The notes under the pieces are model-generated. The model saw only the letters and a program-made list of their open reading frames with translations. It made no database searches and was not told the origin of the DNA. 64,000 nucleotides of DNA from Vicugna vicugna (taxonomy: Eukaryota). Each line of letters opens with the position of its first letter. Position 1 is the first letter of the stretch. The stretch lies in NCBI GenBank assembly GCA_013265495.1, contig MU057487.1, positions 1,146,060-1,210,059 on the forward strand, read 5' to 3'. A program made the position numbers and the translations under genes. Below, one piece after another: positions 39,456 through 53,269 of the stretch.

Positions 39456-40530
39456 TTTCATTCATAAGGGATATTAGTCTGTAGTTTGCTTGTCTGTGAT
39501 GTTTGTCTGCTTTTGGTATCAGTGTAATACTGGCCTTATAGAATGAGTTAGGTCTTTCCTTGTTTGTTTTTGGAGGGGAAAGGTACGTGACTAACTGTTG
39601 TAAATAATTCTTTAAATGTTTGGTAGAATTCACCAATTTGCTTAGTGATATTTCAGAGCTAATTCTGTGAAGTCCCTGTTCTTTGTCACGTATGGCCATT
39701 GAAATCTCTGTTCAAGTTAGCTTAGGAATCAGCTAATGATTAGGTAATTTTTTTAAATTCCTGGAACCAATACACCATCCATTCTTTATTGAGGAACTTT
39801 ACATGCATGTTGAGGTACACCTTCAACACTCAGTTTACAACTCTGTCTTAGCTTCCACTTTCTGCTTTTGCAGAGCTTCAAGGTCAGCCAGAGGTGAGAG
39901 GTCAGATTCTTCCTGAGAATGCATCCGGCACTACATATATGCATGAACTTCTAGATTCCCAGGAATACCGTAAGTCCAAACTATCCAAAGCCCCTAGGGA
40001 CATCTCATTGCTCAGCTTTTCTTTTCAAGCTTTTTTGGTTAATCTGTTGTCTGTGCCAGTTGTTAACTATCACCTCAGGCACTATGATTTTGAACATTTG
40101 CCTGTAAATGTTTTTCATAAATACCCCTTGGGGAGAGGCTTTCAGCACTGGGCAAGCTTAAGTCATATCAAATAAAGACAAGTTTTTTCAGTTGGGTTTT
40201 CCAGAGAACCATCTAACACATCAAATAATATCACTTTGAGGGAAAGCAGCTTTGAAAGAGCAGCTCTGTCCTGCTCTCTCAGGTATTGGAAATGCAGGCT
40301 CTGTTTTCTCAAGGCAACTGCTGAGTTGGGGAGTGGGAGTTTGGAGTTGCTATTCTTACCAATATTCAGTAGTTTTTCTTGAATCAATGCTTCCCGGTTT
40401 GCTACCAGCCTTTGATTAATTTCCAGAGTTCTGAAAAAAATTGACTGACTATTTTGACAATCTGTTGTTGTTGTTGTTGCTTTTATGGACGGGTACATTT
40501 TTGGATGCCATTTTCACTACACGTCACCAT
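39456..40530 (-). mobile_element. Old L1M: short ORF2 piece (39456-39635) joined to a probable 5'UTR segment
   Basis: ORF 39436..39699 PNSFYKASITLIPK...NYRLISLMN is L1 ORF2. The rest resembles an L1M 5' end and terminates gccattttc. Confidence 0.65.
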
Positions 40531-43153
40531 TAGCAGTAAATTAACCTTACCAAAATGGAACTAATATAGTACAATCAGTTCACCAGTATTGACCAGTAAT
40601 TTTACGGCAACTCAACCTTGCATAATAGAGGGGAAAATGTACTAAAATTAATTTGAATTGAATTGATTAATTATAAATTGAAATAAATAAAAATATGCTA
40701 ACCCAAATTGGGCATTTCAGCTATCAAACATGACTGCCCATAATGACACAGGAATATCTTCTAAGAATATAAAGAACAATTAAGTGTAAACATACATTGG
40801 TAACTACTTAAGAGAAACACTATTCAATGGCAGCACCAGGATCTAAAGGAATGAATCAGAATTTTTAAAATTAGGGCAACAAATTATAAGATGCAGCTAA
40901 GAAATTAAGAGTAAATTCTACTTGTAAAGTTAACTCATCAACATGAAGGCAAAGGCTCTTTATTAGAAACAGCCTGCATAAGAATATTAAACTCACTTTG
41001 CACTTAAACTCTCATCAAGGATGATTGATGACAGAAGAAAAAAACTAAGAAGAAACATATTTTTGTGACTGTACTTTTATTTGCTGACACTATGAAAAAC
41101 CAAATCTCTACTACACAAAGAATGAGTTCATAATGGAAAAACACTGAAGCATCCAAATGTGACTGTATACTGTACTAAGTCAAAAACAAACTCAGAAAAT
41201 GCTCTATGTGAAAGCAAAGTTGATTTGCTAATTATTGTGTTAGTAATTTTGCATTTTCTTTCTGCTATAGTTTTATTTCTAAATTCAATCTCCCTGACTT
41301 AAATGAGGTTTTAAAAAAAATCATATATTTCATATTTGTCCTCACAGCAATCGATGAGGCAGATGAGATAAATAGAACTATTCTGGGAGACACAGAATTC
41401 TAAATTAAATGGTGAAGTATGTCTTAAAACGACATGGACTAAGTGCACTTTTAGTTGGACCATTCAGCATTTAAAAGGCCACTTTAATTTGATACCTTGT
41501 GGGGAACAGACAACAAAGATTTTGGTTAATGATTGTGCATCATTATAGACTGCAATTTAGAAATATGTACAGAGCTAAACCCTTCCTACAAAGTTGTCAC
41601 AAGCCCACAGATTATACTGACAGCACTACCATCATCCTTTAAATTGTACCACAGGGCTTTAAAAAGCTAATGTCCCTCTAAGAGTGTGACTGTCTCTCAG
41701 GGTAGTAGACAAATCCTCAGTCTCTCACTTACCTGATTTCCCATTGCAATTACAGTAAGTTCTACAACATGAAAAATTTATTGTCTAGTATTAGTTTTAT
41801 GTGTTTAGTATTCTCTTTTTATTTAGGTAATATGCTCCCTGAGTTCTTAAATGTCCATATCACCCTCTTCTCTCCTCTCCTCTCCTCTCTTCTTTCCCTC
41901 ATGGCGTCCTCCTCTCTGGGTTCCATTCCATCCCAGCCCTTCCCTGGGCAACAAATGCCTGAATGCTGCCCTCTACTAGAGCAATTCACTCCAATAATTT
42001 TGAAAATCTACAATCTTCCCTAATTAATGGAAGCAATGTTTCAAACTTACACTGGGTCTGTCCTGTCTAAATATAATTTTGAGACTTCCTCCTATCTTAT
42101 TCCTCATGTTCAAAAACTCATTGTCCAGTCTTGGTCCATAGAGGGCTTCCTGCTCTACCATCTCCATTCCTCACTGTCTAGTCACTGAAAATATGGACCC
42201 CATCCCAGCTATGCCACGGAAACAATTCACACTTCATGGACTTTATCTTACTGGAAATTTCTGTATCACCTGAAGTTGACCACTCTTGACATAAAATACT
42301 CTTTCTTTGGCTTCCATAATACTGCACCCTCTTAATTTTTATTCTGCTTCTTTGGGCCATGCTTTTCAGCCACCTCCTCAGATCTACCTCATATTCTTAT
42401 TCCTCAAGTACTTGTTTTCCTCACAGATCTCTCAGAGGCTCTCCTCTTTGCACTGTATATGCTCTTTATGGGTGATTTCCTTTCTCCCTTGCCTACAATT
42501 TCTAGCTTTAAATTTATGATTCTCAAATAATCTTTAGCCAGGAATTTTCTCTAGAGCTTCACATCTTCATATCCAACTGCTTTCTGAATATCTCCACTTG
42601 TATGTCTGACAGGATACAAAATGTAATCCATCTAAAACTGAACTCATTTTTACTCCCTTAATTTCTTCTTCTTTCATATTCTATATCCCAGTGACTGTTG
42701 CCACAGAAGGAGCAGACGTAGTTGGATGCCTCCCTGGAACTTACCCTTGCCCTTTTTTCCTTCCTAAGAAAACCATGATTTTGTTCAGATTTCACCCTCT
42801 CCCATGAGAGCCCCAAGCTCTAGCCCTGGTGTGTCCTGGTGAGTTGAAAATACTTTAAATCAATAATGTGAGAATCATTTCCCTTGCCAGTAAGCGGGTT
42901 TGCATAAGCATGTTATAAAATTCTGGTCAATGAGACATGAGTTGATGTCTGTTGATGTGCTTCTGGGAAAGGTCCCTCCCCCTTAATAAAAGACACAGGA
43001 AGACTCTGCACCCTTTAGCTGCCCTTGAATGTTGTCAGCCTTGCACTGACACCTGAAACTGTTGCAAGCATCTTGTGTTTCCAACAGGAGTTTGCCTGAG
43101 AGCAAGCGCATGATATAGTAGAAGGTAGAATCAAAAGAATGGTAGAGAAAGGT

Positions 43154-43300
43154 GGGGGAGGGTATAGCTCAAGTGGCAGATTGCATGTTTAGCATGCATG
43201 AGGTCTGGGGTTCAATCCCCAGTGCCTCCATTAAAAAAATAAAAAAATTAATTAAATAGACCTAATTACCTCCCTCCACCCCAAAAAAACCTAAAAAAAA
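43154..43300 (+). mobile_element. tRNA-Ala-derived SINE (camelid vic-1-like)
   Basis: gggggagggtatagctcaagtggcagattgcatgtttagcatgcatgaggtctggggttcaatccccagtgcctcca; cctaattacctccc; degenerate TSD ending tagagaa on both sides. Confidence 0.92.
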
Positions 43301-43356
43301 AAATAATAGAGAAGCAAAACTAGAGTCCCATTTCTCAGGCCACTCTTCTCTTAAAT

Positions 43357-43540
43357 GATGGTCCTCAAACTTAGCATGCATCAGACCACCTGAAAGGCTT
43401 CTATAATAGCTATTGCTCATTCCACCTCCAGAGGTTTTGATTAACTAGGTCCATAGTAGGGCTCAAGAATTTGCATCTCTGACATGTTCCCAGGTGTTGC
43501 CAGTCCTGTTACTCCAAAGAATGCACTTTGAGAATCACTG
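43357..43540 (-). mobile_element. MER5A hAT-Charlie MITE
   Basis: ggtcctcaaacttagcatgcatcag...agaatttgcatctctgacatgttcccaggtg...cactttgagaatcactg; flanks tcttaaat and atttaaat form a decayed 8-bp TSD. Confidence 0.8.
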
Positions 43541-43884
43541 ATTTAAATCACTGACCCAGATTTCCTGCTATGTGCAGCCAAACACATTTTAATAGAAAAA
43601 GCTATGCACTCCATTGTCAAAATCAGAAACTTGTGTCTCATTCCATACTCTGTCTTCTTTTTGCCACACATACAATCAATTGTGAAACATTATTCATTCT
43701 ACCTTCTAAATGTTTCTCATATTTGTATGCTTTTTCCATGGTGAACATGACTTCCTAGTTCAAGCCACCATCATCTCTCCCTTAGATTACTGCAGCAACC
43801 CAACTAGTCTTCTACTCACACTCTTTCCCCTTTAGTGGTTCACATTGCCATCAGGGAAAGCTTTCAAAAATGTAAATTTTATCC

Positions 43885-44561
43885 AGTCATCTGTTGATAG
43901 ACATTTAGGTTGTTTCCATGTCTGGGCTATTCTAAATAGTGTTGCCATAAACATTGGGGTGCCAGTGTCTTTTTAAACTATAATTTTCTTCAGAAATTAC
44001 TCAGAAATGCCCAGGAGTGGGATTGCTGGATCATATGGTAAAGACTTTTAGTTTTTTAAGGATAAAGAAGATGTGGTGTATATATATACATATACACACA
44101 ATGGAATATTACTCAGCCATAAAAAGAATGAAATAATGCCATTTGGAGCAACATGGATGGACCTAGAGATTATCATAGTAAGTAAGTAAATCAGACAAAG
44201 ATAAGCATCATATGATATCACTTATATGTGGAATCTAAAAAAAAAAAGATTTGAATTTCATTTTGAAACCGAAAACAGATTCAGGGACATAGTAAACAAA
44301 CTGTGGTTACCAAAGGGGAAAGGACAGGGACAGGTAAATTAGGAGTTGATGATTAACAGACACATGTTACTGTAAATAAAACAGATAAACAACAAGGACC
44401 TACTGTATAGTACAGGGAACAATATTCTATACCTTTTAATAACATATAATGGAAAAGAATCTGAAAAGAAAAAAAATATGTATGTATATATATAACTGAA
44501 CCACTTTGCTCTGCACCTGAAACTAACATTGTAAATGGCCTACACTTCAATAAAAAGTTTT
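43885..44561 (+). mobile_element. L1 3' end with 5' inversion (twin priming)
   Basis: Antisense segment 43885-~44060, then sense 3'UTR to cttcaataaaaag; TSD aaatg(t/c)aaatttt(a/g)tcc at 43868-43884 and 44562-44578. Confidence 0.9.
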
Positions 44562-45094
44562 AAATGCAAATTTTGTCCTTTCTCATTTGCTTAAAACTTC
44601 ACAGAGGCTTCCTAGGCCTGTACCCTGAACAACAGTCCTTGCTCCCACATACTGCAGACTCACTCCTGGTCACTCTCCATCTTACACTTGCCTGCAGCAG
44701 CCTTCCAGAATGTCTCTAGTTCCCTGAGATCACTGTGCTCATGGCTCCTCTGCACCTTTCATGTATCCTGTTCTTTTCCACCCTGGCCCCTTCTCTTTTA
44801 CTTGGATTGCCATTATTTATTTTGAATTAAAGTTTCTGTTTAGATATTTCTTTCCCAAAGATTTCTTCCCTGATCTCCCAAGTGTGGGTCTGAGACACCT
44901 CCCACAAGCTCTCAGAATGCTCTTCGCTCCTCTACAGTAGTGTTTCTTTTACTGCCTTGTAATGACCTCTCTCCTCATCCACACATCTTGGGAGATGGGG
45001 GACCATGTCTAACTCAGCCACCTCGGGAATCCCTCATATACTGCTTAGGACCACACTGCCATCATCATCTTCATCATTTCATCTTCCTCCTCCT

Positions 45095-45275
45095 TATCTA
45101 GCAAACAGACACTGAGCTAAGGGTCTTACATATTTAATATTATAATTACTATATTCTGCCCATGAGGCAAGTTAAGTTCAAAGAGTTCAGGTAATTCACC
45201 CCAGGAGGCAGCTATAATGAGAAAGTAGGATTGGAGCCCAAAGAGAGTCGAACTCCAGTGCTTACTCTTCACTCC
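45095..45275 (-). mobile_element. MIR SINE
   Basis: catgaggcaagttaagttcaaagagttcaggtaattcacccagg...ggattggagccca. Confidence 0.55.
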
Positions 45276-46874
45276 TCCTTCTGATAACAGTGTAAGGGCA
45301 TGTGGTTTTTCTCTAGAAAACCACGCCCTCTCCACCACCTCCCCCACTTTCCCTTGCCTGAGATTTCACTTCTATTACCAACCATCCCTCCTGTTCGCAG
45401 CATACCTGTGCCACACAGCCAGTGGCCTGTGGAAAGAGGCTTAATTAGAGTTTGCCAGAGGGATGTGAGGCCTGTCACTGGAGCCATTCTCAGTCACCCA
45501 GATATCTCTTCACCACTCTCTGGGCAATGACTGTCCAGTGATTCTTTTCACTACACAGATAAGACTGAGCATATATTGGAGAGAACAGGGCTAGTCTTTC
45601 AAGTGTTTAAGCAAGTATGCCCTAATCCAAATTCTGAAAACACTAGGTTTGAAGAGGAAAAATAAGTGTAGATGTGTCACTTAAGTGTGACAAATTAATA
45701 AAGCTAATAGAAAAACAAACAGAAAAATTATTCCAAAATGTAAAAATGAAAAACACAATGCTTTTTAAACTCTAAAGCCCAGCTCCAGCCCCCCCTGACG
45801 CTTGCACATCCCTCTCTTGCTATCCTGGCTGTCTCTGTGGCATACGACAAGTTCTGTGAACTCTTGGGCACAAGGACCATTTTTCATCCCTGGATGCCCA
45901 ACACCAAGACCAATTCTTGACACAACCATGGTGCTCAGGCAAAAAAAAAGAGAGAGAGAGAGAGAAAGCAGTTGTTCATATAATCCAATGTTCCCATCAA
46001 AGGCTTCTTCCCTCATAGCAAGATAGTTTAAAAGAAATTTGATTGAATCATTTTAAATTTGAGCTTGACTCTGTCTGACCAAACACTATTGTTGGGATTT
46101 CAGAATTAAAATGGAAAGTTAAGTTGTCCTCTGTTCTGTCATCTCCAATTCTTGGAGGCAGAGAGATATATATAACTGTCACCCTGCCCCAAATTCCATC
46201 CAAATTTCACTTTGCTGCCATGCATGGCCCTTCTGACCCTGGAGTAGCACTCTGTCCAGCCTCTTTCACTCTGGGGCATCCTCTACGCAGCCTCTCGTTT
46301 TATACACAGGCAGGCAACCTGATACTATTCAACATTCTCTAGTGACAACATTCTCCACAGACCCCCTCGTGGGACAGAGCAGAGGGAAGGGCAAGGTGAA
46401 GGACAGACCCCAGGGCCTGCCCGCCATCACTCCTTCTCCTTCCTTATCCCAGCAGCGGCTGCCCTGGAGAAGCAGAGCACAGATGCTGCCAGCCAACTGG
46501 AGCAATCTATTCTTGAGACTGACGAATTTTTTTCTAGTCAGCACTGTGCTACTGTAATGAGGAGACTCAGAGCCTCAAAATTAAAGCTTCCTGAGAAAAG
46601 AACATCCTGAAGATTGTTTGAACTCTGTTACTGAAATTCCTTACAACGCGTGGTGACTCAACCCTGTGTGTTCATTGCAAACATAAATAGGGCTGATTTT
46701 TAAGGGTGTGCCTGGTTAAACAAACTGTATACACCCTCTTTATTAAGACTAACACCTGGTTAGAAGCTGCAACTTATTTCGTGTAGAGTGCTTAGTTTTC
46801 ACATAGAATGGAAATTGAGAACGAGGTAGTTAAATACAGTTGACAGGTATCAGATCATGAATGTCTTCTAGCCT

Positions 46875-46998
46875 TCATTTTACTATAAAGGACATTATTG
46901 GGACAATTGGCAAACTTTGAATGGGGTCTGAAGATTAGAAGGCAGTAATAGATCATTGTTAATGTCCTGATTTTGATGGTTGTATTATGGTTATTTTG
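46875..46998 (+). mobile_element. L1MC-like 3'UTR fragment
   Basis: ataaaggacattattgggacaattggcaaactttgaatggggtctg...cctgattttgatggttgtattatggttat. Confidence 0.7.
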
Positions 46999-49900
46999 GG
47001 TACCTGCCACATGCAAAGAACAGTGAGGTACAGAAAAAAAGGACAAGAATTGTTCCAAGTTGCTTACAGTGTAGCAGGAAAGATATTCAGGGGCATGTAA
47101 CAGATGATGGAAAATTCAAAGCACAAGGCCATGATGGCCAAACAACAGACAAGAACTATAGTTCTCAGTATTTTCTCCACCAATAACATTGACCATAATG
47201 CTTCCTCTTAAAGATTTATGGAGGTTTCGACTCAAGTCACTGTGAGCTGGATATAATTCCACTCCTTTCTCCTCTATTGAAGGAGTGGGAGTAGCATTGT
47301 TCTAATATTAGTTTAGAATTTATTTGAATTTAATCTTAAAAGGTCAATGATTCACCATCTTGGGGACATCATCTCTACCTAATTCATCACCAAAACAGCT
47401 CCTTATAATCTCTCAGTCTAGCTCAAAATAATAAATTTTGAGTAAGGCTAATTTTTAGTTGGGGCAACAAGTACAATTACCACCCCTCCTACTTTCAGCC
47501 CATTGAGAAGTACTTTCCTGCCCACTCTATCTCTAAAAGCAACAACCACAAACCCTACCTGGGCCAGCAATTTGGGAATCCTATTGCCTGCCACTTTCTC
47601 AGTAGCTCTTTCCATGAGTACCAGTAACACTGTGATAATAGATTCATGAATGGTTCTCAAGTCCAAAGTGTACTCTCCCACAATTGTGGAGTGGGTCAGC
47701 TGGTGAGAGGAATACAATTCCTCAAGATGCTTATGGTTTAGAAGAAGGAGATGATAAACACTAGAAACCCTGAAATATATATGTACAAAACATGTGCGAG
47801 GTCCCTTCCTCTCCCTCCCACTCCAAGATTTGGAATTTTTCATCTCACCCTCTCTCCACTAGCTTGTAACAAAATCCTATTCTCTCCCAGCAGCCCCACC
47901 CCACAAGCAGGGAAATTCCACTTCCCATGTTTGGGAAAATCAATCTACCAGGGGTCAAGCAGATGCACTTTGTGGTGATGGCAGTTCTCCTCATTTCCCT
48001 GAGTCTATTCCTACATACATAAGTCCAGGACATGCAAACCTGCCACCCAGCTTGGAGACGGGATTAAATGTGATCATGCAGATGAAAGCACCTGCGCTCA
48101 AGGAACTCTTTCCTCCCAGCTCTCTTCTCTTCTCTGCTTCTCTATGGAGGGCAGTTCTACAGATGCAGTGGACAAATAAAAAGGAAATGACTGTGACAAA
48201 AAAGGGAAGGAGAAGGGAAGGTTAAAGACCTCTCTTCCCCACAGTTTTCTGCACTCCTCACCCCAGCTAATTTCTCCACCTTTCATTCACAGAGAACAGA
48301 GAAAAGCCTCTCTGATGCCTGGTCTCTGTCCTCTCTGCATCAGAAGTACGGAGGCCACAGGCCAGCTGTTCAGGCTCCTGTGTGTGGAAAAGGTAGGCTC
48401 ATCAAGTTACGTTCCTTACCCCACATTCCTTACCTCAGCACTCTCCAGTGCTGGACCCCAAGCCTCGTTCCAGTGCAAAGGGAAGACTCCCCTGCATTTC
48501 CTATCAAGCCACCTAAAGAGCTTGGAGCCCCCCAATACCCAGCCACCTTCCTGTCCCAGCCCCGCTGCAGCTCTGCAGGACAGGTGGATGGGCTGGATGT
48601 TGGGATGAGGTAGGAAAAAGATGGTACAACCATGGCTCATCTTTCCAAACCCATATGCAGACTCTCAGTAGTTCTTAGTTCTTGAATCTTCTTTTCCTCT
48701 TCTATCCATTTTCACCAAACACAGGAGTGATTCCTGTGACTTTCTCAAATGGCTGAACTCCCCCTCCAAGGCCTTCTCATTCTTCTCGCATCATAAAAGC
48801 TAAATGAACCCTCCTTAGAGAAAGGCATTAAAGAAAAGAAGAGAGAAAGAGAGACAGAGAGATGAAACCAGGAAGAAGATGAAAGTTGGAAATACTCATG
48901 TGATATCAAATGCCGATGAGTCACAAGTGTGACTGTCCCCCCCTCTTGCCTTCTACCAGCATCATCCCCAGAGCCCCACGGAAGCACATGCTAGTTCCCC
49001 ATTCTGGAGGAACGTCCCACTCCCAGTGGGGCAGGAGCAGGAAACAGTGCATAAATATTCTAGAGTCATTTTCAATGAAGCAGTTTGAGAAGGAATTGAT
49101 CAGAGGCTTACCCCTGCCTTCTTCAGAAGTTTCTGGGTGTCATGTCAGGTACTCCTGAGAGAAGCTTTTGTATAATTTTTTGAGCTGTGTTTTTTCTGTG
49201 GTCCATTAGAATCTTTCTTCAGCTATTTTTTAAACCTTGATTTTGATATTTTGTCCTATGTTAAGGTGCTTAAAGAGTTTGGTTTGTTGGGTTGGGAAAG
49301 AAAATCTTATGTACTAGGATATGTTCCACAAAGCTTATCAATTCTTCCTTTATTTAGCTTGTTTTTCTAGAAGAAATGCCTGCAATTAAAACAGAATAAA
49401 GGATCAGCCTGAATAACACTATTTCAGGAACCTCAAACTTAGAGCCAGAGTACCTGAGCTCCAATCCTCACTCTATTAATAAACTACTTGCCATGCAAAT
49501 TCTGCGGAACAGTGACCTGTCTCCCTCATGAGGTTGTCCTAAGGAGCATATTACATGATGCGTAAAAGTAGGTTGACAAAATATAATGTGCAGTATAAAA
49601 ACAAGGTATTGTATTTATAGAAGTTACTAAAATAAGAAAAGAAACGTAAAGTCTGTGTCAAAAAGAACACAGGAGACAGCTTTTGCTTAGAATTACCTAT
49701 TTTCTCTAAATACTTTACAAGACCTTTGGAGTGGGGAAGAGTTTCTGAGTCTTATATGCTCAGTAGAGAAACTTCCTCTTCTACCACATGATATTTGGAT
49801 TACGTCTAGAAGTAAATCTAAGCCAGTAGGTGCTAGACTGCATTTCTGATTATTTGGCATAAATGTCCAAGTCAAAAATTGAGATTCAAACTATTCTATC

Positions 49901-52900
49901 TGGATAATTCGATCAATTATTTCTTAGAACTGTTTAGAAATAAGGGATGATATAACCAAAAAACCAACTGACTGGCTGACTAGCAGACTAACTTCATTAC
50001 TGTAGGGAGCCTAATTGGATAACTTGGGCTCAAAGTGGATATGAGGAGGTGGACTCCATTCATTTTTTTCTGTGCACAGAGCTAAGTTCATACATCTCAC
50101 TCATCCATGTCACTGAAGTAACTCACAAGAGGATAAGATTCTTACCCGAAAGGATAGGACTTTGTTCCTGCAGCACAGCATAACCACATAAACCTTACAT
50201 CAAATCATTATTTCCTTTTATTTCATACAGTAATCCTTGCATTTATTATCAGAAAACCACCGTTTTAACACCTTTTACTCTGTGTTGTTAATCTCTAACG
50301 CAATGCTTATATTATCAGTACTATTTATTGTACTGTATTTTCACAAAATGCTTAAAAAGTTAAACACTTTTTTGGTCTAAATATCAAAGATCAGTTTGTT
50401 CAAGCAGTATAGGGTGGGTGGGTTTTCTAAAAGAAGATTTCTTTTCTTTCATGTTCTTTGCAGGCTGGCCAAGAAAATTTATAAATACTCCACCAAGTCA
50501 CAATACATTACAATTTATTTGATTACTGGTAGCTGGCATGTGGGGCAATGAATATGCAGTTTAAAAAATTAAGTGCTGAGCTGGTCGCACCAAGACACCA
50601 GGCAAATATATATAAACACAAATCCTATGATTTTTATCCTAAGGAGGCTGTTTGTCTTATTTATCTCCAGCTTCCAGCACAGTATCTGATCTCAGTAACC
50701 ACTCAATAAATATTTGTTTAACATCTTCTGGTCAAATAGAAATATCCAGAGATAATAGCTAGACCTGGATATGGATTCTGGTAGGTTTTCTTCTTTGCTA
50801 TGCTTTTGTCTTCTTTTCTAGAAGCCAGAAGTGGTTTCTACGCAGGTAACTCACACCAGCAATTCCTTTACAGCAAATTTCCAAGTAACTCTAAGTATCC
50901 TTAAAGTGGTGCATTGAGAGACTCACTGTTCACGGAGGTTAGAAAGCATTTTGATAAGACAGACCACAGCTTTCTGAGAAGGATATGAAGTAACCTAAGC
51001 CCTACACAATAGGCTCTTACAGACCACCCTCTCCAGAACTGCTTCTTACAACACTATTTTCAGGGACAAACTGTCACCAAGAAAGAATAAATTAAGCATG
51101 CCACCATTTTTCAAAGGGAGTTGTTTTATGTTCTGATAGTGTTTATATAATAGACACTTTATAATTACTCTATAACTCTTCACATAAGCACTGAAAAAGA
51201 TAAACCTTTAAATTTCACTTTTTTAGACAAAAACATAAAATTGAGGCTAAGAAACTCTACTGATTGTGAGACTGATTCACCTGATGACACTGCAAATTCT
51301 CTAATTTTCTTCCCATCTCCCTACAAAGTGTTATAAACCAAGAAGAATTTTCAATTTGAACATCATTATAAATTTAGGGGATGTGGTAGACACAAACGAC
51401 AAATCTGAATTAAAATGAAAATATAGACACAAGCTCTGGAAAGCATTGTTTGTCTTTATAAATTGTTTAAGTGGATGGGCTGTATGTTGTGAGGCCAGGA
51501 AGGAAACACAGTAAGCAATCGTATTATGTTACAATCAGAAACCAGAGAAGTTAGTCGTTTTCGGCCAGGCAGATATGGGCAGAAACCACCAGAGGAGGGT
51601 TTTTCCAAGCTTTGAAAATGCTCGTGCAGGAAGAAAAGAGGGGGAAAAAAAAACTGAGATAGAAAGATGAAAGATGATGGCTCTGAGACACAGTAATATG
51701 AGGAGGGTGTGAAAGAGAAATGAGAAAATAGAGGAGGAAAATCAAAGGTAAAAATGTCCATTCCAAAGAGAAATCCCTGAGACCAAAGGCAGGGATCCTA
51801 CCACTACGTGGGCAGCAGTGGCTCAAAACTCTCCTGAGCATATCTCTAAATTCTCAAAGGTTTACCTTCTCATGACCCTTTGTCCCCAGTCCGTGCTATT
51901 TATTTCACTCATGCTATTTATTTCAGCCCAAGCCAACCTAATCTGGAACCCTCAGTATCAAACATCATCATCAATTTTCATAAAAATAACACTCACCCTG
52001 AACATTTCTGAGTTGAGCAGACATCTACTGATGACCTTAATCATCAGGGATGACTGAGAGGAGAATGAATGAAGAGACAGAAATCCACTGCACATTACAC
52101 TCTGCCATTTTACTGGCCTGATTCCCTCATCCTATCTTCTTTTTCTTTTCAGAAGCAAAATGCAAAATCTATTGTCCTCTTACTTGGAGCAACTTAGCAA
52201 TGCCACTTAAATCTTCGCACCAGCAATAACTGAGCCTCTGGGTGTTGACAGAAGAGGGGGAAGTTGTAGAGGCCAACTTTCTACCAATAATAATACCATT
52301 TGCCATGTAAATATCATGTATTCATTTCATTACAAATACCAAATTTCTTAGGGATCTTATACAGTCAACAAGATCTTATTTTCAAAGAACATTTATGACT
52401 ATAAAATGCTTATGATAAATGAGACATAAGCATATATGATATATATGACATAACTTTTATAAAAGCTATAGATATTTATATTGTTAAAAATGACTTCAGA
52501 AAAAGACAGTAAAATAAACTAACTCTGAACAGTGGGATGGTAGGTGATTATAACTTTCCCCGTTAGAGTCTTCAGTAGATGTTTTATCATGAAGAGCGAT
52601 TGTTTTTTAAATCAGAAAGAAAGACATAGCTCTTATTTTTAAAGATGTCAGGGTCATACTCGGTAAAATTGTTTTTATATTAAAGGGATGTCTGGTTCGA
52701 GTCACAGAAAGCAAGTGAGGGTATTGCAAGTCTCCCTTTAAATGTGAAATACATACTTCGCTTGTCCTTGAAACCCAAGCCATTTGATTCCTTGAAACAA
52801 CTATGAATTAGGCTTCTCCTTGGGGAACTCAATCTTTTCTGGCATTTAAGTGATACATTAGCTAAAAAGAAAGAGAAAAATGAATAAAAAAATTATATGT

Positions 52901-53269
52901 GAACTAGAGATACAATTGCTTACATTTTTAAAAGTATTTCGTTCAATAAAAATTTTCATTATGTAGGATTTAACCAAGTTTTTTAGTTTGAGGACTTGGC
53001 TGTGATCCTCTGAAGTAAGGTGAAATGATGAAATTCTACCTTAGGGCCACTTTTTTAAAAAGTTGTTTTCTAAATGCTGTATTATGATGGTCTTAGAGTT
53101 ACACTTATTAGTCTTCTTAAATGAATTTCACAAGTGCTGTTGATGTGAGGCAACAACCCCGACTTCTCTCCCCATCTCTGAAATGCAGATCCAACATACT
53201 CTGCCTAAATCCTGTGACTAACTGGATATCTTTAATTTTTAGAAAAAACGTATTTATAATACTGCCATT

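Larger units (their letters stand above)
42700..43595 (+). mobile_element. MaLR LTR, MLT1J-like (hosts a SINE and a MER5A)
   Basis: aattctggtcaatgagacatgag...gcttctgggaaagg...cctgaaactgttgcaagcatcttg; 3' end ttcctgctatgtgcagccaaacac. Confidence 0.65.
41930..45050 (+). mobile_element. Long decayed L2 interrupted by nested younger elements
   Basis: L2 hallmarks gttgaccactcttga, catatccaactgctttctgaatatctccacttg, ttcaagccaccatcatctctcccttagattactgcagcaacc and tgcttaaaacttcacagaggcttcc, in collinear order. Confidence 0.7.

Noticed and set aside
46430..46610. Acceptor-like site followed by protein-like frame AALEKQSTDAASQLEQSILETDEFF
   Set aside because: No recognisable homology, no partner exons and no clear donor or polyA signal.
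47910..47919. NF-kB site GGGAAATTCC
   Set aside because: Single 10-mer without supporting context; degenerate kB matches are expected by chance in 64 kb.
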